A DNA stretch of 64,000 nt from Bdellovibrionales bacterium (GTDB lineage: Bacteria; Bdellovibrionota; Bdellovibrionia; Bdellovibrionales; JAGQZY01), in contig JANOYW010000091.1 in the NCBI GenBank assembly GCA_031429075.1, positions 34,663 through 98,662 of the forward strand, read 5' to 3'. A program made the translations under genes and the position numbers. The notes beneath the pieces were generated by a model that was not told the DNA's origin, did not search any database, and was given only the letters and a program-made list of their open reading frames with translations. Below are positions 45,419 through 55,532 of this stretch, one piece after another (position 1 is the stretch's first letter; each line of letters opens with the position of its first letter).

Positions 45419-46374
45419 TGGTAGAAAAAAACAAAAAGATTCGTATCGCAGTTGTTGGGGCTGGTCACTTGGGCCGCTTTCATTCACAAAAGTTTTCAAA
45501 AATTTCAGACTGCGAATTGGTGGCAATCTGTGATGTGGACGGCAGCAAAGCAAAATCTGTTGCCGACGAAGTTCAAAGTCATGCCGAAACTGATTATAAA
45601 AATCTTATCGGCCGCGTGGATGCCGTCATGGTTGCAACGCCGACCACCAACCACTACGAAGTGGCGAAATTCTTTTTACAAAAAGGCGTACATGTTCAGG
45701 TGGAAAAACCACTGACAGAATCTGTTGTTGAAGCCAAAGAGCTGTGTGGGCTCGCCAAAGAAAACAAACTCGTTTTGCAGGTTGGCCATGTGGAACGCTT
45801 CAATCCGGCGCTTGTGGCCGCAAAGGATAAACTGGGTGTACCTCTTTTTATCGAGTGCCATCGACTTGCTCCCTTTAAACCGCGAAGCATCGATGTGGAT
45901 GTGGTTTTAGATTTAATGATTCACGATCTGGATGTGGTAATGTCGTTGATCAAAAGCCCGGTAAAATCTGTATCGGCCATTGGCACACCGGTTTTAACCA
46001 AGACCGTAGACATCGCCAACGTTCGCTTGGAATTTGAATCGAAGGCCATTGCCAATTTAACGGCCTCGCGAGTTTCCTTAAATAGCATGCGCAAATTTCG
46101 CGTGTTTCAGAGATCCCAATACCTCTCCATCGATTTTGGCAGTGGCGAAGTCAACCTCACCACTAAAACGGGTGACTGGAAGTTTGGCGAAGACCCACCA
46201 TTAGCCATGGAAAACTGGAATCTCGAAAAAGGCGATGCTTTGATGGTTGAAGATCAAGCCTTCATCGATGCCGTTTTGCAAAGGAAGCCCTGTTTAGTGA
46301 CTGGCGAAGACGGTCTTCGTGCCCTCGAAGTTGCGGAGTTGATTCGTGCCGATATCCAAAAAAGAATCTCTTAA
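45418..46374 (+). CDS. Gfo/Idh/MocA family NAD-dependent oxidoreductase embedded in the lipid A cluster (GnnA-like candidate)
   Basis: Rossmann motif IRIAVVGAGHLGRFH and EKP motif (VQVEKPL) typical of the family. Located between lpxA and lpxB with overlapping stop/start codons. Confidence 0.8.
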   Translation: MVEKNKKIRIAVVGAGHLGRFHSQKFSKISDCELVAICDVDGSKAKSVADEVQSHAETDYKNLIGRVDAVMVATPTTNHYEVAKFFLQKGVHVQVEKPLTESVVEAKELCGLAKENKLVLQVGHVERFNPALVAAKDKLGVPLFIECHRLAPFKPRSIDVDVVLDLMIHDLDVVMSLIKSPVKSVSAIGTPVLTKTVDIANVRLEFESKAIANLTASRVSLNSMRKFRVFQRSQYLSIDFGSGEVNLTTKTGDWKFGEDPPLAMENWNLEKGDALMVEDQAFIDAVLQRKPCLVTGEDGLRALEVAELIRADIQKRIS

Positions 46375-47527
46375 AGTCCTCATTGTTGCCGCCGAAGCTT
46401 CCAGTGCCGCCTATGCTCGGCAGCTCCTACATATCTGGAATGAAAAAAACGTTTCGTGGACCGCTGCCGGCATTGGCAGTCGTGACATGGAATCCATGGG
46501 ATTTCAGATTTTGGGCCGTTCGGAAGAACTTGCTGTTGTGGGATTGCAGGAAATCATCGCTCATTGGGGTGATATTAAAAAAGCCTTTCATGCTGTGGTT
46601 GATTACGCCACCACCGAAAAGCCAGATTTTATTTTATTGATGGATTATCCAGAATTTAATCTGCGTTTGGCAAAAAAGATGAAGTCGCTGGGTGTTCCTG
46701 TGGTTTATTATATTTCTCCACAAATCTGGGCGTGGCGCAGTTACCGAGTTCATAACATCAAAAAGATTGTGGATTTAATGTTGGTGATTTTTCCTTTTGA
46801 AGAAGCCTTTTACAAAAATCACGGATTGGCGACGCGTTTTGTGGGGCATCCACTTTTGGAAATGCTCGCTGAAAAAAAGGCAACGCCACAAAAAATTGTG
46901 GAATTACGATCTCGTTTGCTGAGTGACGGTATAAAAGCCGACAAAAAAAGAATTCTGGGTCTGATGCCAGGCAGCCGAAAAAGCGAGTTGAAATACAACT
47001 TAAAGACACAAATCGAAACAGCCCAAAAAGTCGTGGAGCAATATCCAGATGCTCAGCCGGTCTTATTTATTGCGCCATCGCTCGACGAGAAAGTAGTTCG
47101 AGAGCAGGCACTTCAGTTTGGCTATACAGGATTATTTTTAAAAGAAGATCCTTTTTTAATGATTCACACCGCAGACGAAATTCTTTGTGCCTCTGGCACC
47201 GCCACCTTAATGGTGGGCCTTTGCGAAAAACCCATGGTGATCATGTATCGAATGAATACCATTTCCAGCTACTTAGCAAAGTGGTTGGTGAACAAGATTG
47301 CGTATTTTGGGATGGTCAATCTCATTGCCGAGCGCGAAATTGTTCCAGAACGCTTCCAAGAGCGCGCAACTGCGGACGAACTGAGTCGGTGTTTATCGAA
47401 AATTATTTCTGATCAAACTTACCGAAAACAGATGATTGTTGAACTCAAGCAATTGAAATTTAAATTAGGCGATGGCAACGGCTTGCAAAATCTTTCGCAA
47501 GCTCTGCTTGAATTTTCAGGCTTATGA
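46346..47527 (+). CDS. lpxB: Lipid-A-disaccharide synthase LpxB
   Basis: A GT19-type sequence (VLIVAAEASS...DYPEFNLRLAKKMK...YYISPQIWAWR). The GTG start overlaps the previous gene. Confidence 0.9.
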   Translation: MPISKKESLKVLIVAAEASSAAYARQLLHIWNEKNVSWTAAGIGSRDMESMGFQILGRSEELAVVGLQEIIAHWGDIKKAFHAVVDYATTEKPDFILLMDYPEFNLRLAKKMKSLGVPVVYYISPQIWAWRSYRVHNIKKIVDLMLVIFPFEEAFYKNHGLATRFVGHPLLEMLAEKKATPQKIVELRSRLLSDGIKADKKRILGLMPGSRKSELKYNLKTQIETAQKVVEQYPDAQPVLFIAPSLDEKVVREQALQFGYTGLFLKEDPFLMIHTADEILCASGTATLMVGLCEKPMVIMYRMNTISSYLAKWLVNKIAYFGMVNLIAEREIVPERFQERATADELSRCLSKIISDQTYRKQMIVELKQLKFKLGDGNGLQNLSQALLEFSGL

Positions 47528-48534
47528 GATTTTTACTGGGACCGATCCTATGGCCTCTGATGGTCCTTTTTTACTTGATCACGGCTGCGCGAAATTTCTG
47601 TTTTGATAAAGGTTTTTTAAAAGTTCGAAGATTTGCCGTGCCGATTATTTCGGTAGGAAATATCAGCGTAGGCGGTACGGGGAAAACTCCGCACGTCAAA
47701 AAAATTGTCGAAATTTTACAACAGCAAAAAAAGCGTGTGAGCATCGTAAGTCGGGGATACGGTGGAAATTATGGCGGCTACGCCACCCGAGTTTTACCGG
47801 ATAATGAAAATGCGGCTAGTCTTTACGGCGACGAGCCAGTCTTTTTTGCAAAAAACTTAATGGCCTCCACGTTTGTGGCTCACGATCGATCCACAGCGGT
47901 GGAATTAAGTATTCAGCAAGCAAACCCAGAAATCATTGTTTCCGATGACAGCTTTCAGCATCGCTGGCTGGGCCGCTCTCTCGATATCGTTTTGATCGAT
48001 GGCACAGATCAAAACTGCTGGATGATGCCCATGGGGAGATACCGAGAACCTCTTTCTTCACTTCGGCGCGCGCAAATAGTGATTTTAACTAAAACCAACC
48101 TCATCAGTGTCGAGCAGAAGTCCACGTGGTTGGAGCGTTTGCGAAAAAAAGGTTTTTCGAAAAACAGTGGAAACCTTTATGAATCCGCCTACGCCATCCA
48201 CGAAATAAGTATCTTTCGCGGTACTGAAACTTTCACCGAAGGCGAACGTGTTTTTTTAGCATCCGCCATTGCGAGGCCGGAAAGCTTTTTTAAACTCGTC
48301 GATAAGCGCTGCCGAGTTGTTAAACACTTGGCTTTTAAGGACCATTACGTGTGGCAACAAAAAGACGTGGATGCCATGGAGATTGAAGCTGTCGATGCGG
48401 GTGTAAAAGCCTTACTGATTACAGAAAAAGATGCAGTTAAAATGGAAAACCTGATCTTTCGTTACTTGCAAGTGCATACAGTTAAGCTGGAACTCAACAT
48501 CGAGCCAGAATTAAAATATGAAAACCTTATTTAA
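47524..48534 (+). CDS. lpxK: Tetraacyldisaccharide 4'-kinase LpxK
   Basis: P-loop ISVGNISVGGTGKTP, DDSFQH motif, N-terminal membrane anchor. Confidence 0.87.
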   Translation: MRFLLGPILWPLMVLFYLITAARNFCFDKGFLKVRRFAVPIISVGNISVGGTGKTPHVKKIVEILQQQKKRVSIVSRGYGGNYGGYATRVLPDNENAASLYGDEPVFFAKNLMASTFVAHDRSTAVELSIQQANPEIIVSDDSFQHRWLGRSLDIVLIDGTDQNCWMMPMGRYREPLSSLRRAQIVILTKTNLISVEQKSTWLERLRKKGFSKNSGNLYESAYAIHEISIFRGTETFTEGERVFLASAIARPESFFKLVDKRCRVVKHLAFKDHYVWQQKDVDAMEIEAVDAGVKALLITEKDAVKMENLIFRYLQVHTVKLELNIEPELKYENLI

Positions 48535-49393
48535 AAACGTATTTTATTTTTTTGCCTATTTAATTTTTAAATCGCCACTATGGTTTAAGGAATTTTTGGC
48601 CTTTGGGATTGGCGTTTTATGGTTTGATATTTTGCGAATTCGCCGCGCGGTGGCCATGAGCAACATTCAAAATTCATTTCCAGAGATTTCTTTACAAAAA
48701 GCCACTCAAATCGCTCGAGACTCGGTGATTCAGATGGGGCGGACCATCGTCGACTTTAATACGCTGACCTGGATTTCTCCTGAGCAGCTTCGAGAGCATG
48801 TGCAGTTTGAAGGTTTGGAGCATATTGATAGGGCACTCAAACAGAATAAAGGCGTCATTGTATTGGGCTGTCATATTGCCAATGGGGATTTTGGAATCTT
48901 GGCCCTTTCGAACTTTGGGTACCCCATGCATTTGATTTCGAAAAGGTTTAGTCATTTGTGGTTGGATGAGATTTGGTTTTCGGTTCGTGGGCGATTTGGA
49001 ACGCAATTTATTGCTCCCCGAAATAGCCCCTACGAAATATTGAAAGCCCTTAAGAAAAACGCCTGTGTGATTTTTGTTTTGGACCAATTTATGGGACCAC
49101 CTCTGGGAGTTCGCACTGTGTTTTTTGGCAGGGAGACAGGTACGGCCATGGGCCTAGCTCTTTTTGCACAAAAAACAGGGGCACCGGTGGTTCCTTGCTA
49201 TTCGAGACGTACGGCGGATGGTCGGTATATTGTATGTTTTGAGCCCGAGGTGCCCTTTGAAGAGATCGGCGATAAAAATAAGAATGTACAATATATGACG
49301 CAGAAGTATACTGATCGGGTTGAAGCCATTGTTCGCAAGTATCCAGAACAGTGGATGTGGATTCATCGACGCTGGAAGGTGTTTCGTGAATAA
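48518..49393 (+). CDS. Lipid A biosynthesis (LpxL/HtrB-like) lysophospholipid acyltransferase family protein
   Basis: N-terminal TM, HX4D motif (HIANGD), C-terminal EQWMWIHRRWK typical of late acyltransferases. Confidence 0.75.
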   Translation: MKTLFKNVFYFFAYLIFKSPLWFKEFLAFGIGVLWFDILRIRRAVAMSNIQNSFPEISLQKATQIARDSVIQMGRTIVDFNTLTWISPEQLREHVQFEGLEHIDRALKQNKGVIVLGCHIANGDFGILALSNFGYPMHLISKRFSHLWLDEIWFSVRGRFGTQFIAPRNSPYEILKALKKNACVIFVLDQFMGPPLGVRTVFFGRETGTAMGLALFAQKTGAPVVPCYSRRTADGRYIVCFEPEVPFEEIGDKNKNVQYMTQKYTDRVEAIVRKYPEQWMWIHRRWKVFRE

Positions 49394-50432
49394 AAAGAAA
49401 ATAGTCCTTATTTTGTTTCCACTTTTGGCAAGCAGCTGTGCCACACTTTTTAACGACTACGATGAAAAGCTTTTAGAAAATAAAGAATTTAGTGACAGTT
49501 TAAAAGTTGAAGAGATTCCTCCGCCAGAAACTGCAAAAGCGGACGAAGTTAAAGCGACTCCTGAGTCGAATCCTGAAGAGATCAAAAAAGTTGCAAAAGC
49601 GAAATCGGGGAAATCCAGTGCCGCTAAAACTCCAGTTAAAGCCGCGCCCTTGGTTCCGCCCGAAAAAGCCGCTAAACTTCTCCAGCATCAGCCAGACATC
49701 GAGGATGGGGAGGGTTTCAATGGACGCCGACCTAAGGTGGATCCTTTTGTAGAAAATGAAGAGCTGATTTATGCTGTTTCGTACTTTGCTGTTGAAGGCG
49801 GACGTTTTACGATGAGATCGCATCCTTTTGTTGAAGTGAACGGTCGCAAGTCCTACCGCTTTACCTTTCATGCCCGTTCAAGCTCCACTTTTTCGCTTTT
49901 TTATGCTGTGGATGATATGGCTGAGTTTTTCATGGATTATGAGGACCTCGTACCCTACAGCTATACGATTAAAGCCAAAGAGTCCAAACAGGTGAGAGAC
50001 GTGAAGAGTTTTTACAATTGGAAAACTTTGCAAGCCAAAACCTGGGATAAAAAAATTAAAAAAGGAAAAGGTCCCGAAGAAAAAATTTATGAGTGGCAAA
50101 TCTTGCCATACTCCCAAAACGTGTTTTCTGCTGTGTATTACATGCGAACTTTTCAGTACTCTGTGGGTAAAGAAATTTCGATGCGCGTCGGTCACGAGGG
50201 AAAAAACATTATTATGAAGGCCAAAATTCTCCGTGAAGAAAAGTTGAGCACAGCGGTGGGAACGCTTGATACCTTTGTTATAAAGCCAGAATTCGAAATC
50301 GATGGCGTCTTTAAACCGGTGGGCGATGTATTTATGTGGATCACGAACGACTCTCACCACCGCATTGCGCGAATCGAATCTAAAATAAAGATTGGCAAAG
50401 TTGTTGTTAATCTACAAAAAATTTCTCCATGA
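49386..50432 (+). CDS. Lipoprotein, possibly DUF3108-like, with Lys/Pro/Ala-rich linker
   Basis: A GTG at 49386 gives VNKKKIVLILFPLLASSCA (lipobox). The DUF3108 assignment is by resemblance and LPS-cluster context only. Confidence 0.45.
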   Translation: MNKKKIVLILFPLLASSCATLFNDYDEKLLENKEFSDSLKVEEIPPPETAKADEVKATPESNPEEIKKVAKAKSGKSSAAKTPVKAAPLVPPEKAAKLLQHQPDIEDGEGFNGRRPKVDPFVENEELIYAVSYFAVEGGRFTMRSHPFVEVNGRKSYRFTFHARSSSTFSLFYAVDDMAEFFMDYEDLVPYSYTIKAKESKQVRDVKSFYNWKTLQAKTWDKKIKKGKGPEEKIYEWQILPYSQNVFSAVYYMRTFQYSVGKEISMRVGHEGKNIIMKAKILREEKLSTAVGTLDTFVIKPEFEIDGVFKPVGDVFMWITNDSHHRIARIESKIKIGKVVVNLQKISP

Positions 50433-51466
50433 TTTTATACATCCAAACGGCTTTTTTAGGAGATCTCTTACTCAGTATCCCAACACTCAAGCGGCTGCGC
50501 GAAATCTATCCAGGGAAAGAAGTACACCTTCTCTGTCGGAAAAACTTTGGATCTATCATCAAAGAAAACGGCTTGGTGGATGTGGTGCACGATCAGTTCT
50601 CAGGCACCAAGCCGACCCTTTATGAAATCAAAAAAGTCTTTTCGAAACTCAACTTCGATGTTGTGATTTGCCCCCACGAATCGTTTCGCTCCACAGTCAT
50701 TAGCGCTCTTATCCATGCTCAACGTAAAATTGGCTATAAAAATTGGGTCAACTCTTTGGTATTCTCTGACTGTGTAAAACGCCCCATGAATCTTCCAGAG
50801 GTTCTACGTCAGTTGTCGTTGTTGCGTCCGTTAGATGTGCAAACAGAGTCGCGCATTGCGAGTCTCACAGAGTCTGTCGCCCCATTCAGGAAGATCCCAG
50901 GTTGGAGCTCCATGACTTTGCCACGCTATCAGGAGACCTCAAAAAGATATGATTGGAAAAAAAAGTACGGTCTCGATGAGTGCAGGAAAACAATTTGCCT
51001 AGCACCGGGAAGTGTATGGCCCACAAAACAGTGGGGAGAAGAGAAGTTTTCCCAATTGGCCAGTGATATTTTTAAAAGTGGTCGGCAAGTGATACTTGTG
51101 GGAAGCCCCTCGGAGTCGGAGCTTTGCCAAAAAATCCAAACTCAAGTTCCAGAAGCCCTAAATCTCGCTGGTAAAACAAATCTTATAGAACTCGCAGAAG
51201 TCATTGCGGCAAGTGATTATTTGGTCAGCAACGACAGTGGCGCCATGCACATCGCAGCCATGACGGGCACTCCATCAGTGAGCATCTTTGGACCGACAGT
51301 GCTCCAATTTGGCTATCAACCTTGGAATGAAAAAGCAGTTATTGTGGAGAACAAAGTGCTTGCCTGTCGTCCGTGCTCATCCCATGGGGGCAAGATCTGC
51401 CCCATAGGAACCCACGAGTGTATGACTTCGATCTCCGTGCACGATGTGGAGCCGTTAATGGTCTAA
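50429..51466 (+). CDS. Glycosyltransferase family 9 (LPS heptosyltransferase-like)
   Basis: ILYIQTAFLGDLLLSIPTLKRLRE at the N-terminus and the NDSGAMHIAA motif. Confidence 0.85.
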   Translation: MILYIQTAFLGDLLLSIPTLKRLREIYPGKEVHLLCRKNFGSIIKENGLVDVVHDQFSGTKPTLYEIKKVFSKLNFDVVICPHESFRSTVISALIHAQRKIGYKNWVNSLVFSDCVKRPMNLPEVLRQLSLLRPLDVQTESRIASLTESVAPFRKIPGWSSMTLPRYQETSKRYDWKKKYGLDECRKTICLAPGSVWPTKQWGEEKFSQLASDIFKSGRQVILVGSPSESELCQKIQTQVPEALNLAGKTNLIELAEVIAASDYLVSNDSGAMHIAAMTGTPSVSIFGPTVLQFGYQPWNEKAVIVENKVLACRPCSSHGGKICPIGTHECMTSISVHDVEPLMV

Positions 51467-51489
51467 CAGCAAAAATTTATTTTTTGCTG
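51467..51489. terminator. Bidirectional terminator-like hairpin between convergent genes
   Basis: CAGCAAAAA-tttat-TTTTTGCTG. The stem is AT-rich, so it is weak, and it overlaps the last codons of the response regulator. Confidence 0.35.
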
Positions 51490-52862
51490 TAATCTTTTGG
51501 ATTGATATTAAATTTTTTAATTTTACGCAGCAAAGTATTTTTTGGAATATTCGCATTGGCAACAGTCTGGTTAATCTTTCCGCTATTTACTTTCAAAGCA
51601 TTAATAATAAAATCGCGTTCGGCGTCTTCTTTAAATTTTTCGAAATTTAAGGCTGTTCCTGCATTCGGGTCCTGATTTAGCAAATTCTGAAAGTTCTCCG
51701 GCAACTGTGATAGCGAGAGTTTGCCATCGGTATTCATGATGGTAAACCGTTCGATCAAATTTTCGAGCTCGCGAATATTTCCTGGCCACAAGTGCTTTTT
51801 AAATACCTGCAAAACGGCAGGATCCACAGTTGGGATTGGCTTTTCATACTTTTCACTGAATTTTTTCAGGAAATAAAGAGTCAGATTTTCTATATCCTCA
51901 AGCCGTTCTCTCAATGGAGGTAAAAAGATGGGCATTACATTGAGCCGGTAATAAAGATCTTCGCGAAAACGACCCTCAAGGATCATTTTTTCCAAATTCT
52001 GGTTTGTCGCAGTTACAATTCGAGCAGACGTCACAAGCTCCCGATTCGAACCCACCGGATTGAACTTTTTCTCCTGAAGAACACGTAAGAGTTTGACCTG
52101 CGTTTCGGGCTTTAACTCGGCAATTTCATCAAGAAACAAAGTTCCATCGTTGGCCAACTGGAATTTTCCAATTTTTCGTTCGTCGGCACCGGTAAAGGCC
52201 CCTTTTTCGTGGCCAAAGAGTTCGCTCTCTATAAGACTTTCTGCAAGAGCAGCGCAATTGATGGCGATAAAAGGCGAAAGTTTACGATGAGAATTGTAGT
52301 GCACGGCACGAGCCACAAGCTCTTTTCCGGTGCCATTTTCTCCGCGAATTAACACGGTGGTGTCGACCTTACAAACTTTATAAACAAGATTAAAAACCTC
52401 GCGCATCTTTTGCGATTCGCCAACGAAGTCTGTATTGACGTCATCGTCAAAGATTGGCAACGAAGCAACAACATCTTCGACGAGCTCTTTGGCCTCTTGC
52501 GACTTTTTGTAAATTTCGATTAACTTTGCTCGCTGAATCGGTTTTTCGAGGTAGTCAAAGGCACCTTCTTTGATGGCATCTATGGCATCACGAACGTTCG
52601 TATGAGCGGTAAGTATAACAACAAACGTTCTCGGATCGATCGACTTAATCCTGTGGAGAGCAGAGAGACCATCCATCTGTGGCATTTTCACATCCATAAT
52701 GATCAGATCATAAAAATGATTCTCAACCTTTTCTACGGCCTCAAGTCCATTCATTGCCTGTTCGCAAATTACATCGGGTAGTTCTTGCTGAAACATGGAA
52801 ATGACGGAGGATCTTAAGTCAGCCTCGTCATCGACAATTAAAACACGATTTTTCTTTTCCAT
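51477..52862 (-). CDS. Sigma-54-dependent response regulator (NtrC family)
   Basis: Receiver domain (VLIVDDE...IMDVKMP), AAA+ domain with GENGTGKE and GAFTGA, C-terminal HTH. Confidence 0.9.
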   Translation of the reverse strand: MEKKNRVLIVDDEADLRSSVISMFQQELPDVICEQAMNGLEAVEKVENHFYDLIIMDVKMPQMDGLSALHRIKSIDPRTFVVILTAHTNVRDAIDAIKEGAFDYLEKPIQRAKLIEIYKKSQEAKELVEDVVASLPIFDDDVNTDFVGESQKMREVFNLVYKVCKVDTTVLIRGENGTGKELVARAVHYNSHRKLSPFIAINCAALAESLIESELFGHEKGAFTGADERKIGKFQLANDGTLFLDEIAELKPETQVKLLRVLQEKKFNPVGSNRELVTSARIVTATNQNLEKMILEGRFREDLYYRLNVMPIFLPPLRERLEDIENLTLYFLKKFSEKYEKPIPTVDPAVLQVFKKHLWPGNIRELENLIERFTIMNTDGKLSLSQLPENFQNLLNQDPNAGTALNFEKFKEDAERDFIINALKVNSGKINQTVANANIPKNTLLRKIKKFNINPKDYSKK

Positions 52863-52876
52863 AAACTATGCCTTCC

Positions 52877-54460
52877 TTACACTAGCGGTAATTTAAATCC
52901 GACGATCGAGCCACTGAGTCCATCACTCTCAACAAATACAGTTCCATCATGCGCTTCTACAAAATATTTCACAAGGTACAGACCAAGCCCAGTCCCGTCG
53001 GTATTTTCATCGGTACGGTAAAACTTTCTCCAGATCTTATCCTGATCTTCCATTTTAATGCCGCAGCCGTGGTCTTCAATTGAAACAACCACAAAATTTT
53101 CTTCCTCACTGGATGAGACATTGATGGTTGTTGAGTCTGGAGAGAACTTGATTGCGTTTTCTAAAATATTTAAAATAATTTGCTGAACCAGGTCTTTATC
53201 GCAATTGATCGAAAACAGAGGCTCAAGACTTTCTTGGATTACGATATCTTTTTCGTCAGCCAGTGGGCGAATCATAGAAACGCCATTTTTGATAAGAGAA
53301 TTGATGTCACAGGGTTCGATTTTTAATAAAAACCGATTGGATTCGATTTGTGAAATTTTGAGAATATTCTTAACGTACTGATTTAATTCGTTGCTGTATT
53401 TTCTAATCTTTTGCAACCCATCAGTGATGCGCTCATTCAGCGGCGGTTCGCCATCCAAAATTTCGATTTGCCCAAGAATTTTCGCGATCGGAGTTTTTAA
53501 GTCGTGACTGAAAAGATTTAAAAAGTTTTTTTTCATCTCATCCATTTCGTCTTTATAGGCTTTTTCTTTTTCAAGTCTCCATGCAAATTGTTCTTTTTTA
53601 TCTAGTTTGTAATTTAAAAACACGAAGTAAGACGTAAAGATCTGTAAAATATAGGCGGTGAGGGGAAGCCAAACATTGAATTGATCAAACATCATAAAGC
53701 TGATTGAGCTGATGACTATGATGAGAATAAAAATACCGAGAAAAGCTAAATTACTTGAAAGGCTTAAAATCAACAATGACACCAATGTTGTGATGATCAG
53801 GATGATAAGCATAGAGATCCAGGTGCGCAAAGGCGTAATCCAACGCTCACGTAGAACGTTATCGATCATATTGGCAATAAGTTCGGAAGTGCTTAGCTCA
53901 CCTACTGGTGTAATGATTGAGTCTTCCTCAGGGTCTTGAATATCTAGAATCACAATTTTGTCACGAATGTTAGTTGGTAAAATCTTTTGATTCTTTAATT
54001 CGTAAAAATAAATTGTGGTAAAGCTGTTTTGCGGTCCACGAAAATTGATAAACGAGGGAGTCTGAATCTTTTCAAGAGAATGATCAGGCGTTAGTTTTCG
54101 TAGCAAGGACTGAGGAATGCTGAGGCTTCGCAGAATACCATCGGCATCAGCTTTCAGACTTTTTCGTGGAATGAGGACAACACCGCTGTATTCGTTAAGC
54201 CAGACGAGAGTTTTACGATTTACGGGAGCCACTAGCAAGCGTGGACTGTGCTTCTTAATTTCGTAAATAGCAGTTCGCAAATCGGCGGCTTCAGGAGGGA
54301 TGTGCGCTATGATTATATCGGAATTAACGTTTTGCGCTCCTCGAAGTGTAAAATGCAAGTCGAAGTTTTGGATGTTGATGAGAAATAAGAGAAGATAGCC
54401 CGAGGCTAAACAAATAAATATACGATTGAAAAGGCCGGTCTGAAGTTGCATTTTTACCAT
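52877..54460 (-). CDS. Sensor histidine kinase with large extracytoplasmic N-terminal region
   Basis: TM1, a roughly 200-aa sensor region, clustered TMs, H-box SHDLKTPI and ATPase motifs (DHGCGI, GTGLGLYLV). The CHASE2-like topology is not verified. Start set at the ATG at 54460. Confidence 0.83.
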   Translation of the reverse strand: MVKMQLQTGLFNRIFICLASGYLLLFLINIQNFDLHFTLRGAQNVNSDIIIAHIPPEAADLRTAIYEIKKHSPRLLVAPVNRKTLVWLNEYSGVVLIPRKSLKADADGILRSLSIPQSLLRKLTPDHSLEKIQTPSFINFRGPQNSFTTIYFYELKNQKILPTNIRDKIVILDIQDPEEDSIITPVGELSTSELIANMIDNVLRERWITPLRTWISMLIILIITTLVSLLILSLSSNLAFLGIFILIIVISSISFMMFDQFNVWLPLTAYILQIFTSYFVFLNYKLDKKEQFAWRLEKEKAYKDEMDEMKKNFLNLFSHDLKTPIAKILGQIEILDGEPPLNERITDGLQKIRKYSNELNQYVKNILKISQIESNRFLLKIEPCDINSLIKNGVSMIRPLADEKDIVIQESLEPLFSINCDKDLVQQIILNILENAIKFSPDSTTINVSSSEEENFVVVSIEDHGCGIKMEDQDKIWRKFYRTDENTDGTGLGLYLVKYFVEAHDGTVFVESDGLSGSIVGFKLPLV

Positions 54461-54482
54461 TCTTGAGGTGTGATAATATATC

Positions 54483-55397
54483 ATGAAAGTCGTAAGATCA
54501 ATTTCTGAAGCACAATCCCTCGCTCTCAATGGACCAACAGTGGTGAGTATTGGGAGTTTTGATGGTGTTCATCGTGGCCATCAGCAACTCATCAACGCAA
54601 TGTTTGAAAAAAATTCAGTCGAGAAAAAAGTGATTATCACTTTTTCTCCCCATCCCGCCAAGGTTCTCTCCTCTCATCCGCCAGTTTTGATTTTTTCGGA
54701 GAAGGATCAAATTGAAGTATTTTCCAAAAAAGGCATAGATGTGCTCTTTTATATCCCTTTCACGAGAGAAATCGCTAACTGTTCTGCCGAGACTTTTATC
54801 GAAACGATACTGATGCAAATTTTTAATCCAAAATTGTTGGTCATTGGCTATGATTTTAGCTTCGGTAAAGGCAAACAAGGTGACTTTGAGCTCCTGCAAA
54901 GAGTGCTAAGTCCTCGCGGTGTGAAGGTGATGCGCATTCCTCCCTATGAAGTTGATGGAGTTGTGGTTTCCAGCTCGAAAATTAGGGAGTTGGTCACTTC
55001 TGGAAGAGTGGATTTAGCGGCGGAACTTTTAGGTCGTAAATACTACATCGAAGGTGTTGTCTCACAAGGTAAGCAACTCGGGCGAAAAATCGGATTTCCC
55101 ACCGTCAATTTGCGCTGCGAGAATGAGCTGTATCCTTCTCGGGGCGTATATTTTTGCCAAACCCTTATCGACGGAGTGGCTTACAAGGGCGTCGGTAACA
55201 TCGGTGTAAACCCAACGACGCAGAATTCTTTAGATATCAAAGTCGAATTCCATATTCTTGATTATCAAGGAGACCTTTACGGTCGCGTGCTTCGATTCGA
55301 GCTCATTAAGATGCTAAGGGCTGAAAAACGTTTTGCCAGTGTTGCTGAACTCCAGGAACAAATTGCCAAGGATGTCGAGCAGGCTCGTTCCCTCTAA
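54483..55397 (+). CDS. ribF: Bifunctional riboflavin kinase / FAD synthetase
   Basis: GSFDGVHRGHQ at the N-terminus and a C-terminal riboflavin kinase domain (GFPTVN...). Confidence 0.92.
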   Translation: MKVVRSISEAQSLALNGPTVVSIGSFDGVHRGHQQLINAMFEKNSVEKKVIITFSPHPAKVLSSHPPVLIFSEKDQIEVFSKKGIDVLFYIPFTREIANCSAETFIETILMQIFNPKLLVIGYDFSFGKGKQGDFELLQRVLSPRGVKVMRIPPYEVDGVVVSSSKIRELVTSGRVDLAAELLGRKYYIEGVVSQGKQLGRKIGFPTVNLRCENELYPSRGVYFCQTLIDGVAYKGVGNIGVNPTTQNSLDIKVEFHILDYQGDLYGRVLRFELIKMLRAEKRFASVAELQEQIAKDVEQARSL

Positions 55398-55532
55398 CCT
55401 TTGTCGAGTCGAGTTGACCCTGAGTCGAGCGGAACCTAGATCAAAGATAGAGCTCGAAAAAATCTATAGTCGCCAGTGGTCTAAAACCGTTAAATTATGA
55501 AGAGGTGTTGAGAAAATACTCAAGGAGACCTC

